The notes under the pieces: generated by a model | The model's input: only the letters and a program-made list of their open reading frames with translations | What the model was told of the DNA's origin: nothing | The model's database searches: none | Program-made: the position numbers and the translations under genes | In this document: piece after piece, positions 28,017 through 37,781 of the stretch | Layout of the letters: each line of letters opens with the position of its first letter | Position numbering within the stretch: the first letter of the stretch is position 1 | NCBI GenBank assembly: GCA_038207335.1 | Contig: JBBQZX010000013.1 | Location: 71,813 to 135,812, forward strand | DNA: 64,000 nt | Reading direction: 5' to 3' | DNA from: Chthoniobacterales bacterium | GTDB lineage: Bacteria > Verrucomicrobiota > Verrucomicrobiia > Chthoniobacterales > Chthoniobacteraceae

Positions 28017-29990
28017 TTAAGAAATCTGCGGCAGCAGGATCCCCAGCAGTTCGCTGATCTTCACCCGTTCCTGCTGTGCGTCGTCGCGATGGCGGAGCGT
28101 GACCGTCCCCGCCAAGTCCGGCCCGTTTTCGCCAATCGTGTCGAAGTCAATCGTGAGGCAAAACGGCGTCCCGACTTCATCCTGTCGCGCGTAACGCCGG
28201 CCGATTGCGCCCGTCTCGTCGTAGAAACAATTCATGTGCCGTTTGAGCGTCTCATGCACCTCGCGCGCCTTTGCCACGAGTTCCGGTTTGTTCTTGAGAA
28301 GCGGGAAGATGCCGACTTTCACCGGCGCGATGCGCGGATGAAATCGCAGCACTGTGCGCGATTCGGGCTTGCCGTTCACATCCACCTTTTCCTCCTCGTG
28401 ATATGCGGCAGCCAAAATCGCGAGCGCCAGCCGATCAAGGCCGGCAGAGGGTTCGATGACATGAGGCACGTAAAGCCCCTTGAAAAGTTTCTCGCAAAAT
28501 TCCGCTGCCGCCCCGCGCGCTTCTTCCTCGGGCTTCGCATTTTTCACAGCGCGCTCGACCCACTCCGCCGTTACTTTTGCGAATAGCGCGGACTTGGCCG
28601 CATCGTCGAGTTTGTTCGCCGCTGCGCGAAGTTCTTCGTCAAAGATTTCCTGCGTCTTGCCGCTGTGCTTTTGGTGCTGCGAAAGGTCGAACGACCCGCG
28701 CGCTGCGATGCCTTCGAGTTCGTCAGTGCCAAATGGAAACTTGAATAAAATATCCACGCAGGCGCGCGCGTAGTGGGCGAGTTCCTCTGGAGTCTGCCAG
28801 TGGTAATCGAGCACATCCATGTCGAGCCCGATGCTTGCGTAGTAGGCCGTGCGCTGCGCCACCCAGTATCGGTGCCACATCTCCCAACCCCAATTCGGCT
28901 GCGGCGCGGAGAGATCGGCGACGTCGCTCCACACAGCGACGGAGCCGTGCAGAAGCTGGATCGCCTCGTCCGGCGCGATGAAAAACTCGAGTTCCATTTG
29001 CTCGAATTCGCGCGAACGAAACGTGAAATTCCGCGGCGTCACTTCGTTGCGAAACGCCTTGCCGATCTGGCAAATCCCGAACGGCACTTTCTGCCGCGAC
29101 GAGTCCACGACATTCTTGAACTGCGCGAAGATTGCCTGCGCGGTCTCGGGGCGGAGATACGTCTTATCCGCCTCCGACGCCGTCGCGCCGACGAAGGTGT
29201 GAAACATCAGATTGAAGGGCCTTGGCTCGGTAAGCTGTGATCCGTTCTCAGGATTATAAGCACGGGTGTTCTCAACCTTCGCGGTTGTTTCGCCAGCCAG
29301 CGTCGGGTTGTTCAAACCGCGCATGGTGTAAAACTGCATGGCGACTTTACGCGCGCTTTCAGGCGGCTTTCCCTGTCCCAGCAGTACGCTGAAGGGAATT
29401 TCTCTCTCTGGGGAAAGGAAACTCTCGATCGAGTCCCGGCGGGAATCATCAACAGCGCGCCATGTGTCGAGAGTTGCTCGGAGAGCGCTCAGCCAGTCCG
29501 CGCTATTCTTTCGTGCCTTCTGCAGTTCGTTCCAGAATTGTTCCGAGTGGACATTCACTTCTTTGAGAATTGGGACGACATCGTTGTGATAGATTTTCCG
29601 GATGTCCTCGTCGCTTTGCTCACCGCTTGCGCCAGTCCACGAGTAAATAACTCCTGACTGCGGCTCAATGTGATCGGCACGAAAGCGCTTCTGCGTCACC
29701 AAGCAGTCGCTCATCGGGTCGCTGAATGTGTCCACGTGGCCGGAGGCTTTCCAGATCGCCGGGTGCATGATGATCGTGGCGTCGAGGCCGACGACATCCT
29801 CGCGTTCGCGAGTCATCGCGCGCCACCAGGTGTCGCGCAGATTGCGCTTCAGCTCCGCGCCGAGCGGACCGTAATCCCAGAACCCATTCAACCCGCCGTA
29901 GATTTCGCTCGATTGAAAAATGAAGCCGCGCCGCTTGCAGAGGCTGACGATTTTTTCCATGCGATTCGGTGCGGTGGCGGGCTGGCTCAT
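28017..29990 (-). CDS. glyQS: Glycine--tRNA ligase, homodimeric type, with large insertions
   Basis: LCKRRGFIF, YLRPETAQ, FRNE...FRSREFEQME, PHVIEPSAG, IGRRYARQDEVGTPF. Confidence 0.95.
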   Translation of the reverse strand: MSQPATAPNRMEKIVSLCKRRGFIFQSSEIYGGLNGFWDYGPLGAELKRNLRDTWWRAMTREREDVVGLDATIIMHPAIWKASGHVDTFSDPMSDCLVTQKRFRADHIEPQSGVIYSWTGASGEQSDEDIRKIYHNDVVPILKEVNVHSEQFWNELQKARKNSADWLSALRATLDTWRAVDDSRRDSIESFLSPEREIPFSVLLGQGKPPESARKVAMQFYTMRGLNNPTLAGETTAKVENTRAYNPENGSQLTEPRPFNLMFHTFVGATASEADKTYLRPETAQAIFAQFKNVVDSSRQKVPFGICQIGKAFRNEVTPRNFTFRSREFEQMELEFFIAPDEAIQLLHGSVAVWSDVADLSAPQPNWGWEMWHRYWVAQRTAYYASIGLDMDVLDYHWQTPEELAHYARACVDILFKFPFGTDELEGIAARGSFDLSQHQKHSGKTQEIFDEELRAAANKLDDAAKSALFAKVTAEWVERAVKNAKPEEEARGAAAEFCEKLFKGLYVPHVIEPSAGLDRLALAILAAAYHEEEKVDVNGKPESRTVLRFHPRIAPVKVGIFPLLKNKPELVAKAREVHETLKRHMNCFYDETGAIGRRYARQDEVGTPFCLTIDFDTIGENGPDLAGTVTLRHRDDAQQERVKISELLGILLPQIS

Positions 29991-30100
29991 AGGGGCGGGA
30001 AGGTGCGCAGGGGAGGGGAGGCGGCTCAAGATGAAAGTCTCCCCGGATGGCGCGCGAGTTCGCACTTCTGAGCATCCGCTTCTCGTGTATCTTCCCACGC

Positions 30101-31078
30101 ATGGCCCGATACGAAACCTACCGATCCAACGCCGCCGAAGCGCCACTCATGCGCAAATGGATTCTGCGCGCGCTGCTGATTTCGCTGCTGCTGCACGCCG
30201 CGCTCTTCGTGTTTTTTCAGCTCAAAAAGCTCGACCATTTTAACTTCAACGCCGGCGAGCAGCTCGCACCTCCACGCTTCGTCGTGAACAAAGTGACCAT
30301 CGATCCCAAGCTGCTACAGGATCCCGAGGAAATTCGCGTGAAGCTGCCGGCGAAATTGCCGAACCAGCGAATTGCGATCCCGAACGAGAAGCCGGAGATC
30401 AAAGAGATCGATCTCAAGCCACAATCGACCGAGATCGCTTCGCCGCTGCTCACGGACAAGCCGAAATCGACGCCGCTGGATTGGGACGCCATCGCAAAGA
30501 CCGACGCAGCGAGCGCCGGGCGCTCGGACAAAGAGCTCGGCTCAATCGCGACAGCGCTGCTGAACAACAGCGTGAAATCTCCGCGCCAGCCGACGATCAC
30601 ACTGCCGCCTGGGAGCAAGGATGGTGACGGTATCGGTGGCAACGAAGGTGTGCCTGGGCGGCAGTCGATTCAGGATGCGCTTGCGAATTTCGGTGCTCCA
30701 GGCGCGAGCGACAAGCCGGTCGCGATGCCCGGAGGCGCGCTTTTTTCACACGACCAAGCGGAACTCCGACCGGAGGCTCTCGACGCGCTCAAGAAGCTCG
30801 GCCAGCTCATCTCGCTTTACCCGGACGCGACTTTCGTTATCAGCGGGCATACGGATTGGACGGGCTCTCAGGATTACAATCTGCGGCTCAGTGAGCGGCG
30901 CGCGGAGGCCGTGCGGGACTGGCTCGTCGGCACTATGCACGTTGCTCCGGATCGGATTCAGACACTCGGGAAGGGCAGCGCCGATGCGATCGTCCCGGCG
31001 GAGAAAAGCGTCGATGAACAGCAGCCGAATCGGCGCGTCGAGATCGTGATCAAGACGAACAAGGCAACCAAGAGGTGA
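30101..31078 (+). CDS. Membrane-anchored OmpA-like peptidoglycan-binding protein with Pro-rich linker
   Basis: TM ending SLLLH; GHTD, YNLRLSERRAEAV, NRRVEI. Confidence 0.88.
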   Translation: MARYETYRSNAAEAPLMRKWILRALLISLLLHAALFVFFQLKKLDHFNFNAGEQLAPPRFVVNKVTIDPKLLQDPEEIRVKLPAKLPNQRIAIPNEKPEIKEIDLKPQSTEIASPLLTDKPKSTPLDWDAIAKTDAASAGRSDKELGSIATALLNNSVKSPRQPTITLPPGSKDGDGIGGNEGVPGRQSIQDALANFGAPGASDKPVAMPGGALFSHDQAELRPEALDALKKLGQLISLYPDATFVISGHTDWTGSQDYNLRLSERRAEAVRDWLVGTMHVAPDRIQTLGKGSADAIVPAEKSVDEQQPNRRVEIVIKTNKATKR

Positions 31079-31096
31079 CCGCGCGGCTCGGCTGAG

Positions 31097-31963
31097 GTGA
31101 TCGCTTCACGAAACGAAATTCGCGGCGAGGCAGTCGCGTGCCATTACGACGAACTCGACGAATTTTACCGCGACGTTTGGGGCGAACACGTCCACCACGG
31201 GCTATGGCTCCGCGGAAATGAATCGCGCGAAGTGGCGGTGCGCCAGCTCGTCGAACTCGTCGCCCGCGAGGCGCGAATCGAGCGCGGGAGCCGCGTCTGC
31301 GACATCGGCTGCGGTTACGGCGCGACGGCGCGGATGCTCGTCGAGGATCGCGGCGCGGAAGTCTCAGCGATCACGATCTCCCCGCGCCAGCACGCATTCG
31401 CTCAGACTCGCGCAGACGGGCGCGCGAATCCCGAGTGGCATCTCGGCGACTGGCTCGGCAACGATTTTCCCAGAGAGTCGTTCGATGCCGCATTCGCGAT
31501 CGAGAGTTCCGAGCACATGGCGGACAAGCCGCGCTTTTTCACCGAAGCGCTCCGCGTACTGCGCCCCGGCGCGCGGCTAGTCGTCTGCGCGTGGCTTTCC
31601 TCCGAGCATCCCAGCGCCCGCGCCGAGCGGTGGTTGCTGGAGCCGATTTGCCGCGAGGGGCGCATGCCCGGGATGGGGAGCGCGAGCGAATATCGGCGAC
31701 TCGGCGTCGAGGCTGGCTTCGAGTGCGAGCGCGTCGAAGACGTCTCCGATCGCGTCTCGCGCACCTGGCCGACCATCGTCCTTCGCTTTGTGGTAAAGCT
31801 CGCGAGCCGACCGAGCTATCTGAAATTCCTCTTCAACCGCCACGCGGGGAACCGCGTCTTCGCGGTCACGATCCTCCGCATCTGGATCGCCTACCGAGTC
31901 GGCGCGATGCGGTACGGCGTCTTCACTTTTGTGAAATCCGCAGCGCGCGCGGAAAACATTTGA
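31097..31963 (+). CDS. Class I SAM-dependent methyltransferase (tocopherol/sterol methyltransferase-like)
   Basis: HYD...WGEHVHHGLW, DIGCGYG, IESSEHM, RVLRPG. Confidence 0.87.
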   Translation: MIASRNEIRGEAVACHYDELDEFYRDVWGEHVHHGLWLRGNESREVAVRQLVELVAREARIERGSRVCDIGCGYGATARMLVEDRGAEVSAITISPRQHAFAQTRADGRANPEWHLGDWLGNDFPRESFDAAFAIESSEHMADKPRFFTEALRVLRPGARLVVCAWLSSEHPSARAERWLLEPICREGRMPGMGSASEYRRLGVEAGFECERVEDVSDRVSRTWPTIVLRFVVKLASRPSYLKFLFNRHAGNRVFAVTILRIWIAYRVGAMRYGVFTFVKSAARAENI

Positions 31964-31987
31964 CGCTCCCGAAGAGCGCGCTACTTT
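31960..31987 (+). promoter_or_regulatory. Candidate sigma70-type promoter for the riboswitch operon
   Basis: TTGACG 31960-31965, 16-nt spacer, TACTTT 31982-31987, about 10 nt before the aptamer. Confidence 0.5.
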
Positions 31988-31996
31988 CCGCGCTAC

Positions 31997-32154
31997 TTTC
32001 ATCAAGAGTGACCGAGGGACTGGCCCGTTGAAGTCACGGCAACCGCTCCGAAGCAGTTCAAACTGCGGCGGAGGACCAGGTGCCAAATCCAGCTCCAGCG
32101 CAGATTTTGCAAAGTCGCGAGACTTTCAAGAAAAGCGGTGGGGAAAAGATGAGA
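31997..32154 (+). ncRNA. SAM-I (S-box) riboswitch aptamer
   Basis: ATCAAGAG...GAGGGACTGGCCC..GAAG..CGGCAACC...GGTGCCAAATCC...AAGATGAG; P1 TTCATC/GATGAG. Confidence 0.92.
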
Positions 32155-32237
32155 CGGAGCTCGCAGCCTCTGCTGCGGGAATTCCATCGTCGCCGAATGA
32201 TCGCTTGCGATCTCTGGGTGAAAGCGACCACGCATCT

Positions 32238-33494
32238 ATGGACAAACCATTCTTCAGCAACCTCAAGTGCCGCGAGTGCGGCCAGCTTTACCCAAAGGAA
32301 GCGATCCACGTCTGCGACTTCGATTTCGGCCCGCTCGAGGCGGCTTACGATTACGAGGCGATCGGCGCGGTGCTCACGCGCAAAGTCATCGAGTCACGCC
32401 CGCAGTCCATGTGGCGATACCGCGAGCTGCTCCCGATCGACGGCGAGCCGACTGTCGGTGCGCAGGTTGGATTCACGCCGCTCGTGAAGGCCGACCGGCT
32501 CGCGAAGGTCCTCGGCATCCGTGAGCTCTACATCAAAAACGATACGGTCAACTACCCGACGCTCTCGTTCAAAGACCGCGTCGTCTCTGTCGCGCTGAGC
32601 CGCGCGCGAGAGCTGGGATTCACGACCGTCGCGTGCGCCTCAACTGGCAATCTCGCGAACTCCGTCGCGGCGAATGCCGCGAGCGCGGGCCTGAAAAGCT
32701 ACGTGCTCATCCCCGCCGATCTCGAGCAGGGGAAAGTGCTCGGCTCGCTCGTGTATGGCACGAACGTCGTCTCGATCCGCGGCGCCTACGACCAGGTGAA
32801 CCGCCTCTGCTCCGAGATCGCGGGCAAATACGGCTGGGGCTTTGTGAATGTGAACCTCCGTCCGTATTACGCCGAGGGGTCGAAGACGATGGGCTTTGAA
32901 ATCGCCGAGCAGCTCGGCTGGCGACTGCCTCAGCACACTGTCATCCCGATGGCCAGCGGCTCGCTCCTCACGAAAATCGACAAGGCGTACAAAGAGTTCA
33001 CGCAGCTCGGGCTGGTGGAAAATGCGCCTTATAAAGTGTATGGCGCGCAGGCCAGCGGATGCTCGCCGATCAGCACCGCGATGAAGCGCGGCACCGACAT
33101 CGTGAAGCCCGTGCCGAAGCCGCAGACCATCGCGAAGTCCCTCGCCATCGGCACCCCCGCCGACGGCTACTACGCGATCCACACGATGAAGCGCACCGGG
33201 GGCACCGCGGAGGAGTGCACCGACGAGGAGATTGTCGAAGGCATCCGCCTGCTTGCGGAATACGCGGGCATCTTCGCCGAGACCGCGGGCGGCGTCACTG
33301 TCGCATGCGCGAAGAAGCTCATCGCCAGCGGAGTCATCCCGAGTGGCGATAGCGCGGTGCTCTGCATCACCGGGCACGGACTGAAAACGCAGGAAGCCAT
33401 CCTCGACAAATGCGGCGCACCGCGTGTGATCAGCCCGAGCCTGCGCGAATTCGAAGACCAAATCTACCAACCCGACACCGCAGCCGCCGTGTGA
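32238..33494 (+). CDS. Threonine-synthase-like PLP enzyme (possible O-phosphohomoserine sulfhydrylase)
   Basis: N-terminal CRECG Zn-ribbon, PTLSFKDR (PLP Lys), ASTGNLA, EGSKT, ITGHGLK; lies under a SAM riboswitch. Confidence 0.88.
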   Translation: MDKPFFSNLKCRECGQLYPKEAIHVCDFDFGPLEAAYDYEAIGAVLTRKVIESRPQSMWRYRELLPIDGEPTVGAQVGFTPLVKADRLAKVLGIRELYIKNDTVNYPTLSFKDRVVSVALSRARELGFTTVACASTGNLANSVAANAASAGLKSYVLIPADLEQGKVLGSLVYGTNVVSIRGAYDQVNRLCSEIAGKYGWGFVNVNLRPYYAEGSKTMGFEIAEQLGWRLPQHTVIPMASGSLLTKIDKAYKEFTQLGLVENAPYKVYGAQASGCSPISTAMKRGTDIVKPVPKPQTIAKSLAIGTPADGYYAIHTMKRTGGTAEECTDEEIVEGIRLLAEYAGIFAETAGGVTVACAKKLIASGVIPSGDSAVLCITGHGLKTQEAILDKCGAPRVISPSLREFEDQIYQPDTAAAV

Positions 33495-33523
33495 AGCGGC
33501 CAACCTTAAAATCCCAAATCCCT

Positions 33524-33796
33524 ATGCCATCCGTCCTCATCCCCACACCGCTCCGCAAACTCACTAACGAACTCGAGACCGTGCAGGCCGCGGGCGCGAA
33601 CGTCGGCGAGCTCCTCGACAACCTCGACCTCGCATTTCCCGGCTTGAAGAACCGCGTGTGCGACGAGCAGGGAAACGTCCGCCGCTTCGTGAATGTGTAT
33701 GTCAACGGCGAAGACATCCGCTTCCTCGAGGAGCGCGCCACACCGGTCGCCGAGACCGATGAAATCAGCATCGTGCCCGCCATCGCCGGCGGCTAG
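33524..33796 (+). CDS. MoaD/ThiS/CysO-family sulfur carrier protein
   Basis: [20 protein letters not shown]-terminal PAIAGG di-glycine. Confidence 0.93.
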   Translation: MPSVLIPTPLRKLTNELETVQAAGANVGELLDNLDLAFPGLKNRVCDEQGNVRRFVNVYVNGEDIRFLEERATPVAETDEISIVPAIAGG

Positions 33797-33804
33797 GCGC
33801 CCGC

Positions 33805-33832
33805 TCTCCATTCTCAACTCCCAACTCTCAAC
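33805..33832. repeat. Heptamer tandem repeat (TCTCAAC-like x4)
   Basis: tctccat/tctcaac/tcccaac/tctcaac. Confidence 0.65.
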
Positions 33833-33841
33833 CTTCCCAAA

Positions 33842-34090
33842 ATGGCTGAAGATAAAACACGTTTGTGGCTCATGTTCCCGACCCGGCTCATCACGCGGCC
33901 GATCGTCTGGGAGCTCGGCAAAAACTTCGAACTCGTAACCAACGTGCGGCAGGCGAGTGTGACGGATGAAGTCGGTCTCGTCTCGCTCTCGCTGGCGGGC
34001 GAGCGGGATGAGATCAAGAAGGCGATCGCCTGGCTCGAGGAGTTGGGAGTGAAAGTCGAACCCGTCGAGATCAACACGATCGAAGGGTGA
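33842..34090 (+). CDS. Stand-alone NIL-domain protein
   Basis: L-x-FP...PIVWEL...F...TNVRQA...G...LAGE..EIKKAIAWLEELGVKVE, typical NIL (ACT-like) pattern. Confidence 0.82.
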   Translation: MAEDKTRLWLMFPTRLITRPIVWELGKNFELVTNVRQASVTDEVGLVSLSLAGERDEIKKAIAWLEELGVKVEPVEINTIEG

Positions 34091-34112
34091 GTGCCGCTTC
34101 CCTGAGCGGCGG

Positions 34113-35108
34113 CTACACTTCGACTTGATCCGCTCGTGCGGGAGCGAGCCCGGCCTTTTTTATCGTCTTCAGAACGCCGAGGTAGCGGCCCAGGAAGGGG
34201 AGTCCGCCGAGGGCGGGGAGGAGGTATCGGGCGGTGCAGAGGAGCCCGAGGGCGAGGGCGGTGGGGGTGGCGAAGTAAGGGGCGTAGAGGGCGACGAGTG
34301 CGCCATCGCGCGTGCCGGCGCCGCCGAATGTGGGCACGGGGAGTAGCCCGGCGAGGATCGCGAGTGGGGAGAGCGCGAGGTTGCGGATGAATGGGACGCT
34401 GGCGCGGAGGGCGAGGATGAACATCCAGATTTGCAAGAGGTGCAGGAACCAGATGAAGACGGAGGTGGCCGTGACTTTGAAGAGACGCGCTTTGCTCGAC
34501 CAGAAGTAGTCGTGCATCTCACTCCATGAGCCCGCGAACTTTGCAAGCGTTGCGCCGATCTTTTTCGGCGCGAAGCGCTCGGCGAGATGGAAGAAAAATG
34601 TGGCGAAGCGCTTTGATCCGAGTAGCAGACAGCCGAGGGAAAACATTCCCACAACAACCGCGGTCATAAGCCAGAAGACAGCGTCTTTCCTCGGATAAAG
34701 CGCGAGGCCGAAGACGCACCAGAGCAGCAGCGAGAGCATGTCACACGACTTCTCGAAGACCACGAGAGAGAGCGCGAGCGAGCCGCTGAGTCCGCTTCGG
34801 TCGCGCATGAAGTAGGCCTTTGCGATGTCGCCCATCTTCGACGGGAGGATGAGATTCAGCACGCTGGCTACGAGGATGAGGCGGTTGGCTTCGCCGAAGC
34901 CGAGCTGGCCTGTGCGCGGCATGAGCTCTTGCAGGCGCCACGAGGTGAAGAGCGTGAGCGGGACGACCATGCCGAGGCTGATGGTCATCCAGTGGCCGTC
35001 GCAATTTCGGAAAATTGCTAGGAGCTGCGCGCGGTTTGCGGGGCCGATTTTCCAGTAGATGAACGCGAGGATCGCGACGCTGATGAGGAGCGAGAGGACT
35101 TTTTTCAA
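34113..35108 (-). CDS. Lysylphosphatidylglycerol-synthase TM / flippase-like membrane protein
   Basis: NLILPSKMGDIAK, EKSCD, P-x-x-GGAGTRD; TTG start. Confidence 0.82.
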   Translation of the reverse strand: MKKVLSLLISVAILAFIYWKIGPANRAQLLAIFRNCDGHWMTISLGMVVPLTLFTSWRLQELMPRTGQLGFGEANRLILVASVLNLILPSKMGDIAKAYFMRDRSGLSGSLALSLVVFEKSCDMLSLLLWCVFGLALYPRKDAVFWLMTAVVVGMFSLGCLLLGSKRFATFFFHLAERFAPKKIGATLAKFAGSWSEMHDYFWSSKARLFKVTATSVFIWFLHLLQIWMFILALRASVPFIRNLALSPLAILAGLLPVPTFGGAGTRDGALVALYAPYFATPTALALGLLCTARYLLPALGGLPFLGRYLGVLKTIKKAGLAPARADQVEV

Positions 35109-35111
35109 AAC

Positions 35112-36701
35112 TCAAAAGACGCGTTCGACGCGCAGCGGGTCGCCGTCGTTTAGGGAGCGCATCTGGTCGGTGAGATCTAGCCAGGGCTGGAGCTGGCCGG
35201 CCTGATACGTGCGGCTCATGACAACGTAGATGGAGGTCTGGAGAGCGCCGATGCCAACGGCGCGGACTTTGTCCCACGACGACGCGGTGAGTTCGTCGGT
35301 GACTTTCAGTTGGCCGCCTTGCCACGTGAGTGTGCGGGTGAATTTCAGCGGCGCGGATTTTTTACCGGTGATGAGGATGCGCTGGAGGATTTTGCGAATG
35401 AGATTCGGGAAGAAGCGGCCCGCGGTGAACATGAGGGCGCGCAGGACGATGAGGTTGAAGGTTGTCATCTGCTTGGCTTTCGCCCAGCCGAGCTTGCCGC
35501 GGATGGTGATGGCGTCGGGCGCGAGTTCGACGTCGTATTTTCCAACGAGGTGGGCCACGGCGTTGCGGATTTTCTTGCCGTCGATGACGACGGAGAATTG
35601 CGTGTCGGAGTGCGCGAGATGGCCGTCGGCGAAGTATTTGAAGACGCCGCCTTTGTTGAGTGCGAGGTAGAGCGCGGTGCCGCCGCGGCGGTCGATGACG
35701 ATGCCGGCGTTCTTGAAATGCACGCGTCCGTCGGGGCGGGGGACCGGCGTGGGACGTGCCGCGACGAAGTGCCGATACGCGAGCAGATAGCTCCAAGTGT
35801 GGTGACCGATGATGTGGTCATCGGCGTAACACGAGCCCAGCCCGGCGGAGAGCCCGGCGAGGAAGCGGTCGTTGATCTCGAGCGCCTCGGGGAAAAGCTC
35901 GCCGGCGAGTTCGAAGCCGTGTGGGAAAAAGTTGTAGGTGTTGCGGCTCGTGTATTCGCCACCGAATGAGCCGTCCGGATGCACGAACTCGCCCGCAAAC
36001 GTGATCGCCGTTTTCAGCGCCGCAGCGATTTTTTCGGAAGGCGCGAGCGCGTGGAGTTGTGCGAGTAGGCCGATCGTCAACGTGTGGTAGCCGGGGTCGC
36101 ATCCCTCGTATTCCTGAAACCATCCCTCCTCGTTTTGCCAGTCGAAGACGCGCGCCAGCCGCTTTGCCTTCAACTTGTCCCAGCGATCGCTGGAGAAAAG
36201 TCGGCCCGCTTTTTCCAGACACAAAACGATGAGGGCCTGATGATTCGTCAGCCGCCCGCTCTCGTGGTGACCGGCGAGCCAGTCTGCGCGCTTGCTGAAA
36301 AAGTCAAGCATCTCGGCGTCGTGGAGTTCGAGCAATTCGTAGCTCTCCATGCAGGCGAGCAGCGAGAAAGCAGCGGCACCAGCGGCTTTCTCGAATGGAA
36401 AATAATCGTCGCATGAGCCGTCGGGATGCGCGCTTCGGGCGGCGTAAAGAATGCCCGCCTCGACCCATTCCTTCATCGCCGACTGGAGATAAAACGCGTT
36501 GCCCGGAATCTCGAGCGAGTAGGCGAGCGCCAGCGGCCAGACGAATTCCGCCGCCATGCCGCTCGGGAAATCGATGATCTTGTAGTGCCAGAAATTCCGA
36601 TCGAAGCAGCCGTAAGTCGGCGAGTGCGCGTTGCGATCCTGGAGCGTCAGGATTTTCGGAATCTGCGCCAGAGCCTCGCGGGCAAAGAGGTCGCGGTTCA
36701 T
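35112..36701 (-). CDS. Uncharacterised protein, probable alpha/alpha-barrel N-terminus plus beta-rich C-terminus
   Basis: 529-aa ORF in an operon with GT2 and a flippase; repeated HPDGS/QNEEGW/HPDGSF turn motifs. Confidence 0.75.
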   Translation of the reverse strand: MNRDLFAREALAQIPKILTLQDRNAHSPTYGCFDRNFWHYKIIDFPSGMAAEFVWPLALAYSLEIPGNAFYLQSAMKEWVEAGILYAARSAHPDGSCDDYFPFEKAAGAAAFSLLACMESYELLELHDAEMLDFFSKRADWLAGHHESGRLTNHQALIVLCLEKAGRLFSSDRWDKLKAKRLARVFDWQNEEGWFQEYEGCDPGYHTLTIGLLAQLHALAPSEKIAAALKTAITFAGEFVHPDGSFGGEYTSRNTYNFFPHGFELAGELFPEALEINDRFLAGLSAGLGSCYADDHIIGHHTWSYLLAYRHFVAARPTPVPRPDGRVHFKNAGIVIDRRGGTALYLALNKGGVFKYFADGHLAHSDTQFSVVIDGKKIRNAVAHLVGKYDVELAPDAITIRGKLGWAKAKQMTTFNLIVLRALMFTAGRFFPNLIRKILQRILITGKKSAPLKFTRTLTWQGGQLKVTDELTASSWDKVRAVGIGALQTSIYVVMSRTYQAGQLQPWLDLTDQMRSLNDGDPLRVERVF

Positions 36702-37693
36702 CGGTATTCCATGCGCTTCACGCGGAGTTGAATGTCTTCGAGGAGTTTGCGGTTCACTGCGACGACGTCGGCGACGATCCCGAAAATCCAGAGCTGCACT
36801 CCGATGAGGATGAAAATCGCCGCGAGAATGAGGCTCGGCACGCGGGCGCGCTCCGGCGTGCTTTCATAGAGGACGATCCAGCGCACGCCGATCGCGAAGC
36901 CGAGCCCGAATGGCACCGCGCCGACACATGTGAAAAAGCGCAGCGGCTTGTACGTGATGAAGATGCGCATGATCGTGAGGATCGAGCGCTGGATGTAGCT
37001 GCTCATCGACTTCATCAAGCGCGACGGACGCAGGAATTCATTGGTGCGGATCGAGACAGAGCGGACGGACATGCCTTTTTGCCCGGCTTGGATGATCGTC
37101 TCGAGCGTGTAGGTGTATTGCGAGAAGACGTTGAGTTGCATCGCGGCGTCGCGAGTCATCGCGCGGAAGCCGCTTGGCGCATCGGCCACATCGGTTTTGC
37201 TCGCGACGCGGACGACCCAGCTCCCGGTCTTTTGCAGCGCCTTTTTGAGCGGGGAAAAGTGGGCGATTTCCGAGATAGGCCGCTCGCCGACGACGATCTC
37301 AGCTTCGCCCGACAAGATCGGTGCGATGAGTTTTGGAATGTCGTCGGCGCAATACTGATTGTCGGCATCGGTATTCACGATGATGTCCGCGCCCGCCCGC
37401 AGACAGGCGTCGAGCCCCGCAATAAAGCCTCGCGCGAGCCCCTGATGCGATCCGAGATCGACGATGTGATCGACCCCGCACGTCCGCGCGACGGCGACGG
37501 TTTCGTCGCTGCTCCCGTCATTGATAATGAGCCACTCGACCGAGTCCACGCCGGCGACCGTGCGCGGCAGCGCGCCCAGCGCGATGGCGAGGGTGCCCGC
37601 CTCGTTGAAGCACGGCATCTGGATGATCAACTTTTTCAAGGCGCGCGATGCTGCCCCGCGCGGCGCAGACGGTGAAGTAAACTTTTTGAGCAT
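36698..37693 (-). CDS. Glycosyltransferase family 2 with C-terminal TM helices
   Basis: PCFNE, NDGSSD, TDADNQY, DAPSGFRA; true start may be TTG at 37639. Confidence 0.9.
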   Translation of the reverse strand: MLKKFTSPSAPRGAASRALKKLIIQMPCFNEAGTLAIALGALPRTVAGVDSVEWLIINDGSSDETVAVARTCGVDHIVDLGSHQGLARGFIAGLDACLRAGADIIVNTDADNQYCADDIPKLIAPILSGEAEIVVGERPISEIAHFSPLKKALQKTGSWVVRVASKTDVADAPSGFRAMTRDAAMQLNVFSQYTYTLETIIQAGQKGMSVRSVSIRTNEFLRPSRLMKSMSSYIQRSILTIMRIFITYKPLRFFTCVGAVPFGLGFAIGVRWIVLYESTPERARVPSLILAAIFILIGVQLWIFGIVADVVAVNRKLLEDIQLRVKRMEYR

Positions 37694-37781
37694 CGCCGAG
37701 TGGCCGGGTGCGATTGACGGAGCTATGAGTGGCTGCTAGGTTCCGCGCACTTTTCCGAGAAACCCCTGGTCTATAGCTCCC

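Noticed and set aside
32028..32237. N-terminal extension of the ThrC-like ORF
   Set aside because: This region is the SAM riboswitch leader; homology starts at ATG 32238
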